In this document: positions 25,001 through 32,136 of the stretch, piece by piece
How positions within the stretch are numbered: position 1 is the first letter of the stretch
Layout of the letters: the number at the start of each line of letters is the position of its first letter
Assembly: GCA_007117285.1 (NCBI GenBank)
Contig: SKGW01000053.1
Location: 1 to 38,675, forward strand
DNA: 38,675 nucleotides
Source: Bacilli bacterium
GTDB taxonomy: Bacteria > Bacillota_I > Bacilli_A > RF39 > UBA660
Reading direction: 5' to 3'
The notes under the pieces: model-generated
What the model was told of the DNA's origin: nothing
The model's input: the letters and a program-made list of their open reading frames with translations, nothing else
Databases searched by the model: none
Made by a program: the position numbers and the translations under genes

Positions 25001-26576
25001 TAACTCTAAGTCAATTATGGTAAATCTTGATTTAGAAAATGAAAACAGAGTTAGCTTTATGTTGGGGTGTGGTGATTTTGAAAACGTTATACCAAAGTAT
25101 AGAGATTTTGAAAATATCAACAATGAACTTAATAATGTCAAAAAATATTGGGATTCTAAGGTTGGTAATATAACTATTGAAACACCTGATAAAGATCTTA
25201 ACAATATGGTTAATGGTTGGATACTCTACCAGGCCTACGCGTCGAGATTATATTCAAGAGCGGCGTTTTATCAAGTTGGTGGAGCAACTGGTTTTAGAGA
25301 TCAACTTCAAGATTCGCTTTGTCTTCTATACAACAATCCAGAATATGCAAGAAAACAAATTTTAGAGCATGCAAATCATCAGTTTGCTGAAGGCGATGTT
25401 CTTCACTGGTGGCATGAAGATTTAAGATTTGGAGCAAGAACAAGGTTTTCAGACGATTATCTTTGGCTTGTGTATTGTACTTATGAATATGTTAAAGCAA
25501 CTAATGATTACTCAATATTAGAAGAAAAAGTAGGTTTTGTAGAAGCAGATCAACTTCAAGAATCAGAATCAGAAAAAGGTGTTGATTTTACTTATTCTGC
25601 ATCAAAGGAAACACTATACTATCACTTGAAACTTGCAATTAATAAAGCTGTTTCTCAATTTGGGAAAAACAAACTTCCGTTAATGGGCAGTGGTGACTGG
25701 AATGATGGTATGAGTAAAGTAGGTCATTTAGGAAAAGGTGAGAGTGTTTGGGTTGGATTTTTCCTTCATGAAAACCTTGAACGAATGAGTGAAATGACCG
25801 AAGATGCGGAATTTAAAGAAATGTGTATGGCAAAATCTCGTGAATTAAAAGAGTCAATTAATGAAAACGCTTGGGATGGAGCTTGGTATACTAGAGCGTT
25901 CTTTGACGATGGAACACCTATGGGAACATCTGAAAACAAAGAATGTCAAATAGATCTAATCTCTCAAGCATGGAGCATTATTACTGATGTTGCGCCAAAA
26001 GATAGAAGAAAATCAGTTATTTCTGCTGTTGAAAATCAACTTGTTGATAAAGAAGTAGGACTAATTAAACTTTTAGACCCAGCTTTCACAGGACTTGAAA
26101 ACAATCCAGGATACATAAGCGATTATCTTCCTGGTGTTCGTGAAAATGGTGGTCAATATACTCATGGAGCGCTTTGGTATATAATGGCTTTGGCAAAACT
26201 TCGAGATCCAAGAGCGTATGAACATTTTAAAATGATAATGCCAAGTGGTAAGGACTCCGATGTTTACAAGGTTGAACCATATGTCATTGCGGCAGATATA
26301 TATTCTAATCCTGCTTTCAACGGTCACGGTGGATGGACTTGGTATACAGGTTCTGCCAGCTGGGCCTACAAAGTTGCTTTGGAAGGAATATTAGGCTTTA
26401 AAAAAGTTGGAAACACTTTAGTTATAAAACCTAATTTCCCAAAAAAGTGGGGAAGTATAAAAATTTCTTATGAGTATTTTGAAACAACATACAATTTAGA
26501 AATTAACTATAAGGATGAAGAATCTATTATCGAACTAGAAAATGACAAAAAAATACATGATATAGTTTTAAAGTAA
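19005..26576 (+). CDS. cgs: Cyclic beta-1,2-glucan synthase-like giant protein (membrane GT84-type domain, glucoamylase-like middle region, GH94 phosphorylase-type C-terminus)
   Basis: 2523 aa from ATG 19005. GT84-like motifs: ERKRGAL, ITLDADT, MQPRV, GKGIYD, LSHDLLEG, RHHRWTRGDWQ, flanked by hydrophobic helices. GH94-like motifs: GATGFRDQLQD, HWWH, GSGDWNDGM, RENGGQYTHGALW, WYTGSASWAY. Confidence 0.85.
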   Translation: MKNTSIRNVRKNMKFITNYYKKLTTYTKQTKSVGSINEWIVDNYYLLSEQEQTINHELSSLKILQIKPKRKQYLDNLICSYLEQENFRLDTNLLFKFLNNYQLENDDFFTYDEIDYINSSIKCNIISKLRILSEKLKYKFLEKEKIDQCFKKISSQLEKDSEASIDNCLPIDKSLIGSHFKILEINHRLNSLGERSEEIFVKLNELLISNNTSLKEIINVEHDERSNENILMVNLISSFKVAIKFKLEDLYAKISYVEKALINEKAEVYDTMYEVSKIEYRSEIKKQVKKKKISEYEFAKNLLEKAGEEHVGFHLFKKKRYKARAYLYVTAVFLVALFVNYAIYIELGLLAFILFLLPMIGFSVEVITQILMKNVDTQTLFRIKLENHLPQKYSTMVVIPTILKDPDKVNQMFDNLELYYLSNRAQNLYFCLLGDVTSESTAKTKMDDKILNAGLERARKLNETYGKNIFHFAYRNRFFNPKEGSFLGYERKRGALHHFNQALLGKLSLSDQEKYFKGHTLAPLEGKIKYIITLDADTKLLLNTALKLIGTMVHPMNKPILSDDGRKVVKGHAIMQPRVSIDVEVTNISEYSQLFAGLGGLDIYSTKQFDLYQDVFGEGSFTGKGIYDLEIFDKVLGDTFPENLILSHDLLEGNYLRCGYISDVELFDGFPSKYLNDAMRHHRWTRGDWQIIGWLKKYVKDHKNDLALNPLNLISRWKIFDNLRRSLRSPLLFLIVLFGFALTDRPTLVMGIVFIIIAVPIFFYLLHQLLARQKYDILLRYYMRIIWGLMAVIAKSLLVFALLPYEAFLYMNAIVKACYRMLVSKKNLLNWVTSEEVEATAKNTLGNYFKNFKVNYVAAIAILYFAKDLSMEHVFLSYLVAFIWLIAPFLMYFVSRDIKNEQEQPGKRMESDVREIAQQTWAYFDKTLTKENNFLVPDNFQLNRNQKFDSRTSPTNIAFSLTAVISAFELKLISKNSAIDKINNIIKNVESLKKWNGHLYNWYDIKTKKELPPHFISTADSGNFISTLYVVKGFLSKCSGYNSLKYRIQKLIDKTDFSKLYNEEGDVFSIGYVVNEGTLVPYNYNNFLSEARLASFVAIAKGDVPFKHWFRLDKTLTKHKWYKGVVSWSGTMFEYYMPLIFMKTFEHTLLDETYAFAYYAQKEFVNEVSSKIPWGITESAYNELDDSQNYKYKAFGIPYLKFHDSEIPQIVISPYGSIMALTKYPVEVYNNIKKMKKIGMQGEFGLYEAYDHEDGAIVKAYYAHHQGMILTSITNYLKNNIIQEYFHADKNIQSVEILLKEKVQIRTYIDLKIARYKKYNYKRDVIDSDMREQEGIMPIPEVGVLSNGFYSTFINDRGIGFSKYKNLQINRYRKITDENHGLFVYIKNTKTNKIYPNTYSPSCTEPDHYHVVFASDRIKFVREDEDLITTTEITVAKDHNAEIRKIKVENTSQESVELELTSYGEVIMARPEEDIAHPVFNNVTIKAEIDEVTSSLMFSRRSRTKENTKYFVINRFFAEEDDGVFEYETSRMNFLGRNNTTLNPSKIVKNESLSSDCTQLLEPIMSIRKKITLKPNSKKTLYLLVGFGKSRQQVMEIVNAYNNDKKIEAAFDKATVLNNMRNRYAGLSGIETRAYNSLLKYVYQPTYEAGRSNLLRTNILTQQNLWKFGVSGDLPIIVVDVFSAENSGFIKDILRAYEFYKSRAIYIDIIIINNEIDEKKEIVNKYVERLLYRINNLNYFEDSPGSVKVVSDITEEERTLLKMVSSLYFDGSQRKPLTDQIYEMEATKTSISRLCFKKDMIPLGNKNSNEYGKFSEDGKEFTIKTMDTPMPWSNVIANEEFGSVITNNFGGFTYAHNSREFKLTSWSNDPVVDPPSESIFIDGLRLVPSEVVHGFGYSKFITKTENYDIETTVFVPTNDNVKIYDVLIKSKNRKRCLVEFDIKPVLGVSEETTNKYILSEFDPVHNCLFMRNTYSKIFKNEKVFVSSSKDISSCNLEDINSKSIMVNLDLENENRVSFMLGCGDFENVIPKYRDFENINNELNNVKKYWDSKVGNITIETPDKDLNNMVNGWILYQAYASRLYSRAAFYQVGGATGFRDQLQDSLCLLYNNPEYARKQILEHANHQFAEGDVLHWWHEDLRFGARTRFSDDYLWLVYCTYEYVKATNDYSILEEKVGFVEADQLQESESEKGVDFTYSASKETLYYHLKLAINKAVSQFGKNKLPLMGSGDWNDGMSKVGHLGKGESVWVGFFLHENLERMSEMTEDAEFKEMCMAKSRELKESINENAWDGAWYTRAFFDDGTPMGTSENKECQIDLISQAWSIITDVAPKDRRKSVISAVENQLVDKEVGLIKLLDPAFTGLENNPGYISDYLPGVRENGGQYTHGALWYIMALAKLRDPRAYEHFKMIMPSGKDSDVYKVEPYVIAADIYSNPAFNGHGGWTWYTGSASWAYKVALEGILGFKKVGNTLVIKPNFPKKWGSIKISYEYFETTYNLEINYKDEESIIELENDKKIHDIVLK

Positions 26577-26601
26577 GGAGTATGCTCTTTACTTTTTTCA
26601 A

Positions 26602-26630
26602 TTCACAAAATAAACAAATAATGGTATACT
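26602..26630 (+). promoter_or_regulatory. Sigma-A-type promoter of pgi
   Basis: TTCACA (26602-26607), a 17-nt spacer with TG, TATACT (26625-26630). ATG at 26651. Confidence 0.55.
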
Positions 26631-26650
26631 TTTATAAAGGTAGTGATTAT

Positions 26651-27802
26651 ATGAAAATTGATTTTAAAACATATTCAAATATTGATATAGATAAAGAATT
26701 AGAAAAGCATGATTTTTCTAAATTAGGTAGTTTTTTTGAAAATCATTCGAATTATACTGGGTGGTTAAATAGTAATTTAAATTTAGAAAAAACAAAAGAA
26801 AAGGGTAACTTTTTCAAAAAAGAATGTGACATATTATTAGTCGTGGGAATAGGCGGTTCATATCTAGGCGCCAAGGCCATAATAGATGCGCTAAGTGTTG
26901 AAAACAAAGTGGAAATCTTGTTTGTCGGAAACACTTTATCAACTGATGCTCTAGTTAATGTAAAGAAAAAAATAGAAAATAAACGAGTTGGAATTAATTA
27001 TATTTCCAAATCTGGTGAAACATTAGAAACGCGAATTATTTTTAATGAATTAATGAAAGTGATGAAAATAAAATATTCTGATGATGAATTAAAAAAGAGA
27101 GTTGTTTATACAACGGGGAATAAAGAAATTGTTCCGAGCGGATATGATTATTTTTTAATTCCCGATAACATAGGCGGTCGATATTCTGTATTTACAGCAG
27201 TTGGTTTTCTACCAATATATGTTGCGGGTATTGATGTGGATAATTTGTATTTAGGATCTCAAAGCAGTGAAATAAGTGAAGATGTTAAAAAATATGCTAT
27301 TTTTCGAAAGAAAATGCAAGATGATGGGAAAAAAATTGAAGCGTATGTTACTTATAATCCAAAACTATTCTTTTTAATTGAATGGATTAAGCAACTATAT
27401 GCCGAATCGCTGGGAAAAGAAGGTCAAGGAATTTTTCCGGTAGGGCTTATAAATACGACCGATCTTCATTCAATTGGTCAGTTCATGCAAGAAGGCTCAA
27501 AGATTACATTTGAAACGGTAATTAATTTTGAAGAAAAAAAAGAAATATACATTGATGAGTATTCTAAATATTTAAGTGAAATTAATGAAATAGCTCAAAC
27601 CTCAACTTCAAAAGCTCATTATGAGGCAGAAGTTCCTAATATCATTATTAACAATGGAGAGTTGAATGCTAAGAATTTAGGTTATTTAATGAAGTTTTTA
27701 ATGATGTCTTGTGCTGTTAGTGGATACTTGGAAAATATCAATCCATTTAATCAAGAAGGAGTTCAAGTTTACAAAAAAGAAATGTTAGATAAATTAGTTT
27801 AG
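26651..27802 (+). CDS. pgi: Glucose-6-phosphate isomerase (short form)
   Basis: VVGIGGSYLGAKA, SKSGETLET, GGRYSVFTAVG and ESLGKEG motifs. The ATG at 26651 has a GGTAGTGA-type RBS. The upstream track extension overlaps the promoter. Confidence 0.9.
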   Translation: MKIDFKTYSNIDIDKELEKHDFSKLGSFFENHSNYTGWLNSNLNLEKTKEKGNFFKKECDILLVVGIGGSYLGAKAIIDALSVENKVEILFVGNTLSTDALVNVKKKIENKRVGINYISKSGETLETRIIFNELMKVMKIKYSDDELKKRVVYTTGNKEIVPSGYDYFLIPDNIGGRYSVFTAVGFLPIYVAGIDVDNLYLGSQSSEISEDVKKYAIFRKKMQDDGKKIEAYVTYNPKLFFLIEWIKQLYAESLGKEGQGIFPVGLINTTDLHSIGQFMQEGSKITFETVINFEEKKEIYIDEYSKYLSEINEIAQTSTSKAHYEAEVPNIIINNGELNAKNLGYLMKFLMMSCAVSGYLENINPFNQEGVQVYKKEMLDKLV

Positions 27803-27816
27803 TCTGTATATGTTTG

Positions 27817-27825
27817 TGTTATAAT
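27817..27825 (+). promoter_or_regulatory. Extended -10 box (TGTTATAAT)
   Basis: Part of the 14-mer TTTGTGTTATAATA, which recurs at 32067-32080. The RBS AGGAG and the ATG at 27847 follow. Confidence 0.55.
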
Positions 27826-27846
27826 ATAAAAAATAGGAGTGATTTT

Positions 27847-30501
27847 ATGAATAAAAAAGGTTTTACGTTGGCAGAGTTACTAGCGGTAATAGTTATAATT
27901 GCATTAATTATATTAATCATTGTTCCAATAATGGGAGAGGTTTTATATGAGGCGCGAAGAGATTCATTTCAAAATGATGTTTCTTCACTTTTTAATGTAG
28001 CTTCAATTGAAAACTCAAGTAATAGTAGACATAAAACATTTTTATTAAAAGAAAGAAAACTACACTCAGTTGAGGGCAACAAGGAAATTCAATTTCGCGG
28101 TAATGTTAACGGCTCGGGGTATATTTATATAAGCCCAGAAAAAGAAGCTGCTTTTATTTGTAATGACGCTTGGTGCGTTGAAAAAATTGGTGAAAATTTT
28201 GTTGTTACTGAAGTCGATGAAAACCTAGCTTTTTCAACAAAAGCCCTATTAACTTATAATGAGTTAGATGAAAATGAAAACTTTAATTCTTTATTTATGG
28301 TTTTTTCGGAAAACACTATAACTGAAATGAAATATATTATTAACAGAAGTGCAACTCCGTTGATTTCAACTTCTCCTCTTTGGGATACGGCTAATCACAT
28401 ACCAGAAGCTTTTAGCAATGTTGAATTAGGCGTTGCAGAGGCTGGTGTTTATTATGTTCACACGTTAGCTGTCGATTCTTTAGCAAACCGAACTGTAAAC
28501 GTATCAGATCCAATCTTTATGAATCCAAATGATGAGAACAGAGTTGCAGAGCTAGTTCAGTTAAGAGACTTTATTGGAGCTGCTGTAACACCAAATAGAG
28601 ATGTTAGATATGATATGATCGATCCTAGTCGATATGAAAATTCAACAATACCCGAAATCATAAAAGACTTTAAATTACTTCAAAGAGCGGGGTATGATGG
28701 TGTTGTTGTTGAAAAAGTAGGAATGGCAAGTGGCGGAATCGGTGATGCTTCTTTAAATATTAATACAGCATGGTATAACATCGGTGAATCTATTTATTCA
28801 GGAAGTACAACTAAATACAGCGTAATCGAAAAAATTATGGAAGCCGCAGAAACAACTGGTATTCAAGTATTTCTTGGAAACGTTGCAATAAAGGACTGGT
28901 CAAATCCAAATGTTATTTCGAATTTGGATTGGCAAAATGCAATAGCACAAATGTTTATAAGTGTTAATACAGAATTGCACACATTGTATTCTGGAAGTTC
29001 ATCATTCGCAGGGTTTTACTTCAATAACGAGATTTTTACAAACAATATAAATTTAGAAAGTTACTGGGCGAACGTCATAAATCAAGTAGTGGTAAACGTT
29101 AATTCATTGGCGGGCTCTCCCACTTTTAAAGTTGGAGCTCACATTTCCGGAAAGTATAACGCTACACCAGCGGAAGTGCAGTCAGGGTTTACTAGCTTAG
29201 TTAGTGGTGTTGGTTTTAGAAATGGTGATCGAATTTTATTAAAAGACGGGTTTGGGTTAGGGCATTACAAGCCAATTGATGTATTTGCGCATGCCGAAGC
29301 TATCCAAACAGCAGTAGCAACTTCAGCAACCACTTTATCTTTGAACTTTGTTGTTGAAAATGGTAGTTATTCGGAAAAAAACGAAATTGCTTCAATTGAA
29401 AGATATAAAGAACAACTTAACACTGTAGCTAGATTTGGTGGAGATTTTTATTCATACTCGTATTTAGAAAATTATAATTTCTTTGCTAAAGATAATTTAA
29501 ACGAAAAAATATCTACAAGTTATGATAAGGGATTTAGAGAATTCATAGGACAGGACACTTCGGCTGATTCAGCGATAACAGCGCTTTATGCTCCAGCGGG
29601 AGGATCTGTATTTGTCGATGTGGATGGACGTGAAGCTCCAGTTCCGGCAGGTTTCAATGTCTCTTTAAGTTTAGATGAAAGAAAAATAGAAAATGGTTTA
29701 GTTATTCACGACTCTCTAGGTAATCAATTCGTTTGGGTTCCTGTTGATTTAGGAGTTAAAGCAAAAGGTTATAATTATGGAAGTAATGAAACAGATAAAG
29801 TCGCGTATGCTAGATATTTAACGAACGGAATAACAGACCTAGCTCCACTTAATTCACATACAATGCCAACAGGAGTTACTTCTGAGGCGGCACAAATAGA
29901 AAAATATAGGGGGTTTTATATTGGAAGATATGAATCAACTTATGAACATAGTGGTGGAACTAGAAGAGTTATGATAAAGCCAACAACAGATGACAAAATA
30001 AGCACATCATTTGCATGGGCTAGTGCAACAATAGCTAATGACGGATACTTATGGAATAACATAACTTATGTTGATGCCAAAGCTAAAGCTGAGGCAATGC
30101 GCACTCACTACGGTTATACACCAAGAACAGGTTTGGTTACAGGAACACAGTGGGACACTTTCTTAAGATGGATTTATGTTAATAATCAAGAAAAAACGAT
30201 AATTGATGACGGTCGAGGTTGGGGTAATTACAACAATTCAGTATTCCCGGCATCGGGAGGTAATTATCAAGTGGGAACTTTAAAAGGAACCGGAACAAAT
30301 GATACATGGTATATTAACAATGTTGCCGATGTTGCCGGAAACCTTCGTGAGTGGACTGCTGAAACAAATGGTAGTCAATACGTAATAAGATCAAACGGAT
30401 ACGACGGAAGCGGATTGTCTGGAGGACCATCTTACTCCGTGTTGAGCAATTCAACAGCTACGGCTAACACGGGATTTAGAGTAGTGCTATATATTGATTA
30501 A
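27847..30501 (+). CDS. Prepilin-type leader protein carrying a pilin-like head, an Ig-like spacer, a DUF4434-like TIM-barrel region and a C-terminal FGE/SUMF1-like domain
   Basis: MNKKG/FTLAELLAVIVIIALIILIIVP is a class III signal. The middle region has RAGYDGVVVEK ... IQVFLGN ... FAGFYFNNEI (glycoside-hydrolase-like TIM-barrel pattern). The C-terminus has GFYIGRYEST, TGTQWDTFLRWI, GNLREWTAE and GFRVVLY (FGE-sulfatase / C-type-lectin-fold pattern). Confidence 0.8.
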   Translation: MNKKGFTLAELLAVIVIIALIILIIVPIMGEVLYEARRDSFQNDVSSLFNVASIENSSNSRHKTFLLKERKLHSVEGNKEIQFRGNVNGSGYIYISPEKEAAFICNDAWCVEKIGENFVVTEVDENLAFSTKALLTYNELDENENFNSLFMVFSENTITEMKYIINRSATPLISTSPLWDTANHIPEAFSNVELGVAEAGVYYVHTLAVDSLANRTVNVSDPIFMNPNDENRVAELVQLRDFIGAAVTPNRDVRYDMIDPSRYENSTIPEIIKDFKLLQRAGYDGVVVEKVGMASGGIGDASLNINTAWYNIGESIYSGSTTKYSVIEKIMEAAETTGIQVFLGNVAIKDWSNPNVISNLDWQNAIAQMFISVNTELHTLYSGSSSFAGFYFNNEIFTNNINLESYWANVINQVVVNVNSLAGSPTFKVGAHISGKYNATPAEVQSGFTSLVSGVGFRNGDRILLKDGFGLGHYKPIDVFAHAEAIQTAVATSATTLSLNFVVENGSYSEKNEIASIERYKEQLNTVARFGGDFYSYSYLENYNFFAKDNLNEKISTSYDKGFREFIGQDTSADSAITALYAPAGGSVFVDVDGREAPVPAGFNVSLSLDERKIENGLVIHDSLGNQFVWVPVDLGVKAKGYNYGSNETDKVAYARYLTNGITDLAPLNSHTMPTGVTSEAAQIEKYRGFYIGRYESTYEHSGGTRRVMIKPTTDDKISTSFAWASATIANDGYLWNNITYVDAKAKAEAMRTHYGYTPRTGLVTGTQWDTFLRWIYVNNQEKTIIDDGRGWGNYNNSVFPASGGNYQVGTLKGTGTNDTWYINNVADVAGNLREWTAETNGSQYVIRSNGYDGSGLSGGPSYSVLSNSTATANTGFRVVLYID

Positions 30502-30521
30502 GAGGTTAGCGCCTCTTTTTT
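30500..30521 (+). terminator. Intrinsic terminator
   Basis: AAGAGG / CCTCTT stem with a TTAGCG loop, followed by T5. Confidence 0.8.
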
Positions 30522-30558
30522 ACTTGTGGTTAACTTTCTTACGTTTTCTTTTTATCAG

Positions 30559-30567
30559 TGATATTAT
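30559..30567 (+). promoter_or_regulatory. Extended -10 box (TGATATTAT) of the two-component operon
   Basis: Located 23 nt upstream of the TTG start at 30590. The RBS GGGGTGG lies in between. Confidence 0.5.
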
Positions 30568-30589
30568 GTAAAAAATCCGGGGTGGTACA

Positions 30590-31291
30590 TTGATTCGGTT
30601 TGTTATATATGAAGACAATGAAAAATTTTCTAAAATGATTTCGAAAAAAATCGATGAAATCATGTTTCGGAAAAACATGAGGTTTTCTAGCGAAATATTT
30701 TTTGATTATAATAACAAATTAGAAAAAATAATAAACAATGGTGAAACAAAAATATACCTACTAGATGTAAAAGGTCCTAGTATAGATGGAATTCAAGTGG
30801 CTAAAAAAATAAGAGGTGTTGATTCTCGGAGTCAAATAATATTTTTAAGTGCAATTGAAGCAGCAATCAAAGAAATTTTATTTATGGAGTTAATGGTGTT
30901 AACATTTATTTCTAAAAATGAAAATTGTTTTGATAGATTATATAATGCTGTTGATAAGGCACTTTTTTTGTTGGATTGGGAAGAAAAAGTATTCATTAAA
31001 TCCGGAGGAATTACCTATCAAATTTTATTGGATGATATCAATTATATATATCGTGATACATTTACAAGAAAAAGCGTTATTGTTGGCGATAATATTTGCA
31101 TAAAATCCAACAAACCGCTTTGTTATTTTGAAGTAAGTTATCGTCCATTTTTTAAAAAAACGCATCGGGCTTGTCTTGTTAATATGAAAAAAGTAATTAG
31201 TTTTGATTTTCAAAAAAACATAATTGTTTTTAAAAATGGTGAAAAATGTACATTGCTAAGCAAAGGATTTAAAAGTGAAAAACATATTTAA
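30590..31291 (+). CDS. LytTR-family response regulator (AgrA/ComE-like)
   Basis: Receiver domain (VIYEDNE ... IYLLDVKGPSIDG ... IIFLSA) and a C-terminal LytTR pattern (INYIYRD ... FFKKTHRACLVNMKKV). Confidence 0.85.
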   Translation: MIRFVIYEDNEKFSKMISKKIDEIMFRKNMRFSSEIFFDYNNKLEKIINNGETKIYLLDVKGPSIDGIQVAKKIRGVDSRSQIIFLSAIEAAIKEILFMELMVLTFISKNENCFDRLYNAVDKALFLLDWEEKVFIKSGGITYQILLDDINYIYRDTFTRKSVIVGDNICIKSNKPLCYFEVSYRPFFKKTHRACLVNMKKVISFDFQKNIIVFKNGEKCTLLSKGFKSEKHI

Positions 31292-32051
31292 CTTTGTAAG
31301 TAAAAAAACAAAGAAGCTGATATTAATGTATAACTGCTTGTTTTTATGTGTTATTTATAACATCAGCATTTACAAGTTAGTTGTAATTGATAATGAGAAA
31401 CTTTCTTTTTTTCTTTTGGGATTATTTATTTTCGAACTGCTTTTTGTTGTAGATTATATAAAAAATATTAAAAAGCTTAATAGAGTCGAAAAATTTAATT
31501 TAATTAGTGAAGAGCAGTTAGAAAGACTACACGATTCACAAAACGAAATAATGGTCTTGCGAAGCCTGCTGGAAACCAAAAGAATAATGATAAAAAAATT
31601 AGATGATGAATGTTCCAAAATAAGTAGCAAAGCGATTAAAAACATTATTATTCAAAAAATAAATCAAACGAGATTTTCACAAATTGACTACGATATAAAA
31701 ATCAGTACATACTCCTATAATGAAATTAATTTAATGTTGGAAAAAAGTGTTTGTAAAATGGTAAATATTTTTCTTGATAATGCAATTGAATCTTGTCAAA
31801 ATTCTGGGAGGAAAATAATTGCGATTTCAATTTTCGAAGGATATAAAAAAATTGAAATCGGTATCGCCAATTACCTTACCAAACCGGTTGATTTAAATTT
31901 AATTTCTGTTAAAGGTTTTTCAACAAAAGGGAATAAAAGAGGCTTTGGTCTTTTTGAGGCAAGTAAAATTGTTTCTAACAATGTTAAAATCAGTAATCAA
32001 ACGAAAATTGTTGGTGATGTTTTTTTGCAAATAATTGAAGTTGAAATTTAG
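31275..32051 (+). CDS. GHKL-type sensor histidine kinase, AgrC-like catalytic core with a short two-helix N-terminus
   Basis: GTG start overlaps the regulator's stop. Only two hydrophobic helices. Candidate H-box RLHDSQNEI. C-terminal NAIESC ... GFSTKGNKRGFGLFEASKIV is typical of AgrC/ComD-type ATPase domains. Confidence 0.75.
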   Translation: MKNIFNFVSKKTKKLILMYNCLFLCVIYNISIYKLVVIDNEKLSFFLLGLFIFELLFVVDYIKNIKKLNRVEKFNLISEEQLERLHDSQNEIMVLRSLLETKRIMIKKLDDECSKISSKAIKNIIIQKINQTRFSQIDYDIKISTYSYNEINLMLEKSVCKMVNIFLDNAIESCQNSGRKIIAISIFEGYKKIEIGIANYLTKPVDLNLISVKGFSTKGNKRGFGLFEASKIVSNNVKISNQTKIVGDVFLQIIEVEI

Positions 32052-32070
32052 TTAAAAATTTAATAATTTG

Positions 32071-32079
32071 TGTTATAAT
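32071..32079 (+). promoter_or_regulatory. Extended -10 box (TGTTATAAT), upstream hpf promoter candidate
   Basis: Same 14-mer as at 27813-27826. A second box, TGATATAAT, at 32106-32114 lies closer to the ATG at 32137. Confidence 0.45.
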
Positions 32080-32136
32080 AGTTACTGTTATGATTTTACA
32101 AAATATGATATAATTTATATAGAAGGGAATGATGAT

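Noticed and set aside
27814-27846. Upstream TTG/GTG start extensions proposed by the track. Here and at 32068, 26582, 18969, 10103, 11492, 8078 and 18926 on the minus strand.
   Set aside because: The extensions run through recognisable -10 boxes or RBS sequences. Internal ATG codons with well-spaced Shine-Dalgarno motifs give N-termini typical of the respective families.
30526-30548. A LytTR-type direct repeat operator upstream of the two-component operon (GGTTAAC ... TTACGTTTTC).
   Set aside because: The two elements are poorly similar and are spaced about 14 nt apart rather than the usual 21-nt phasing. Only the single TTACGTT half-site is noted in the findings.
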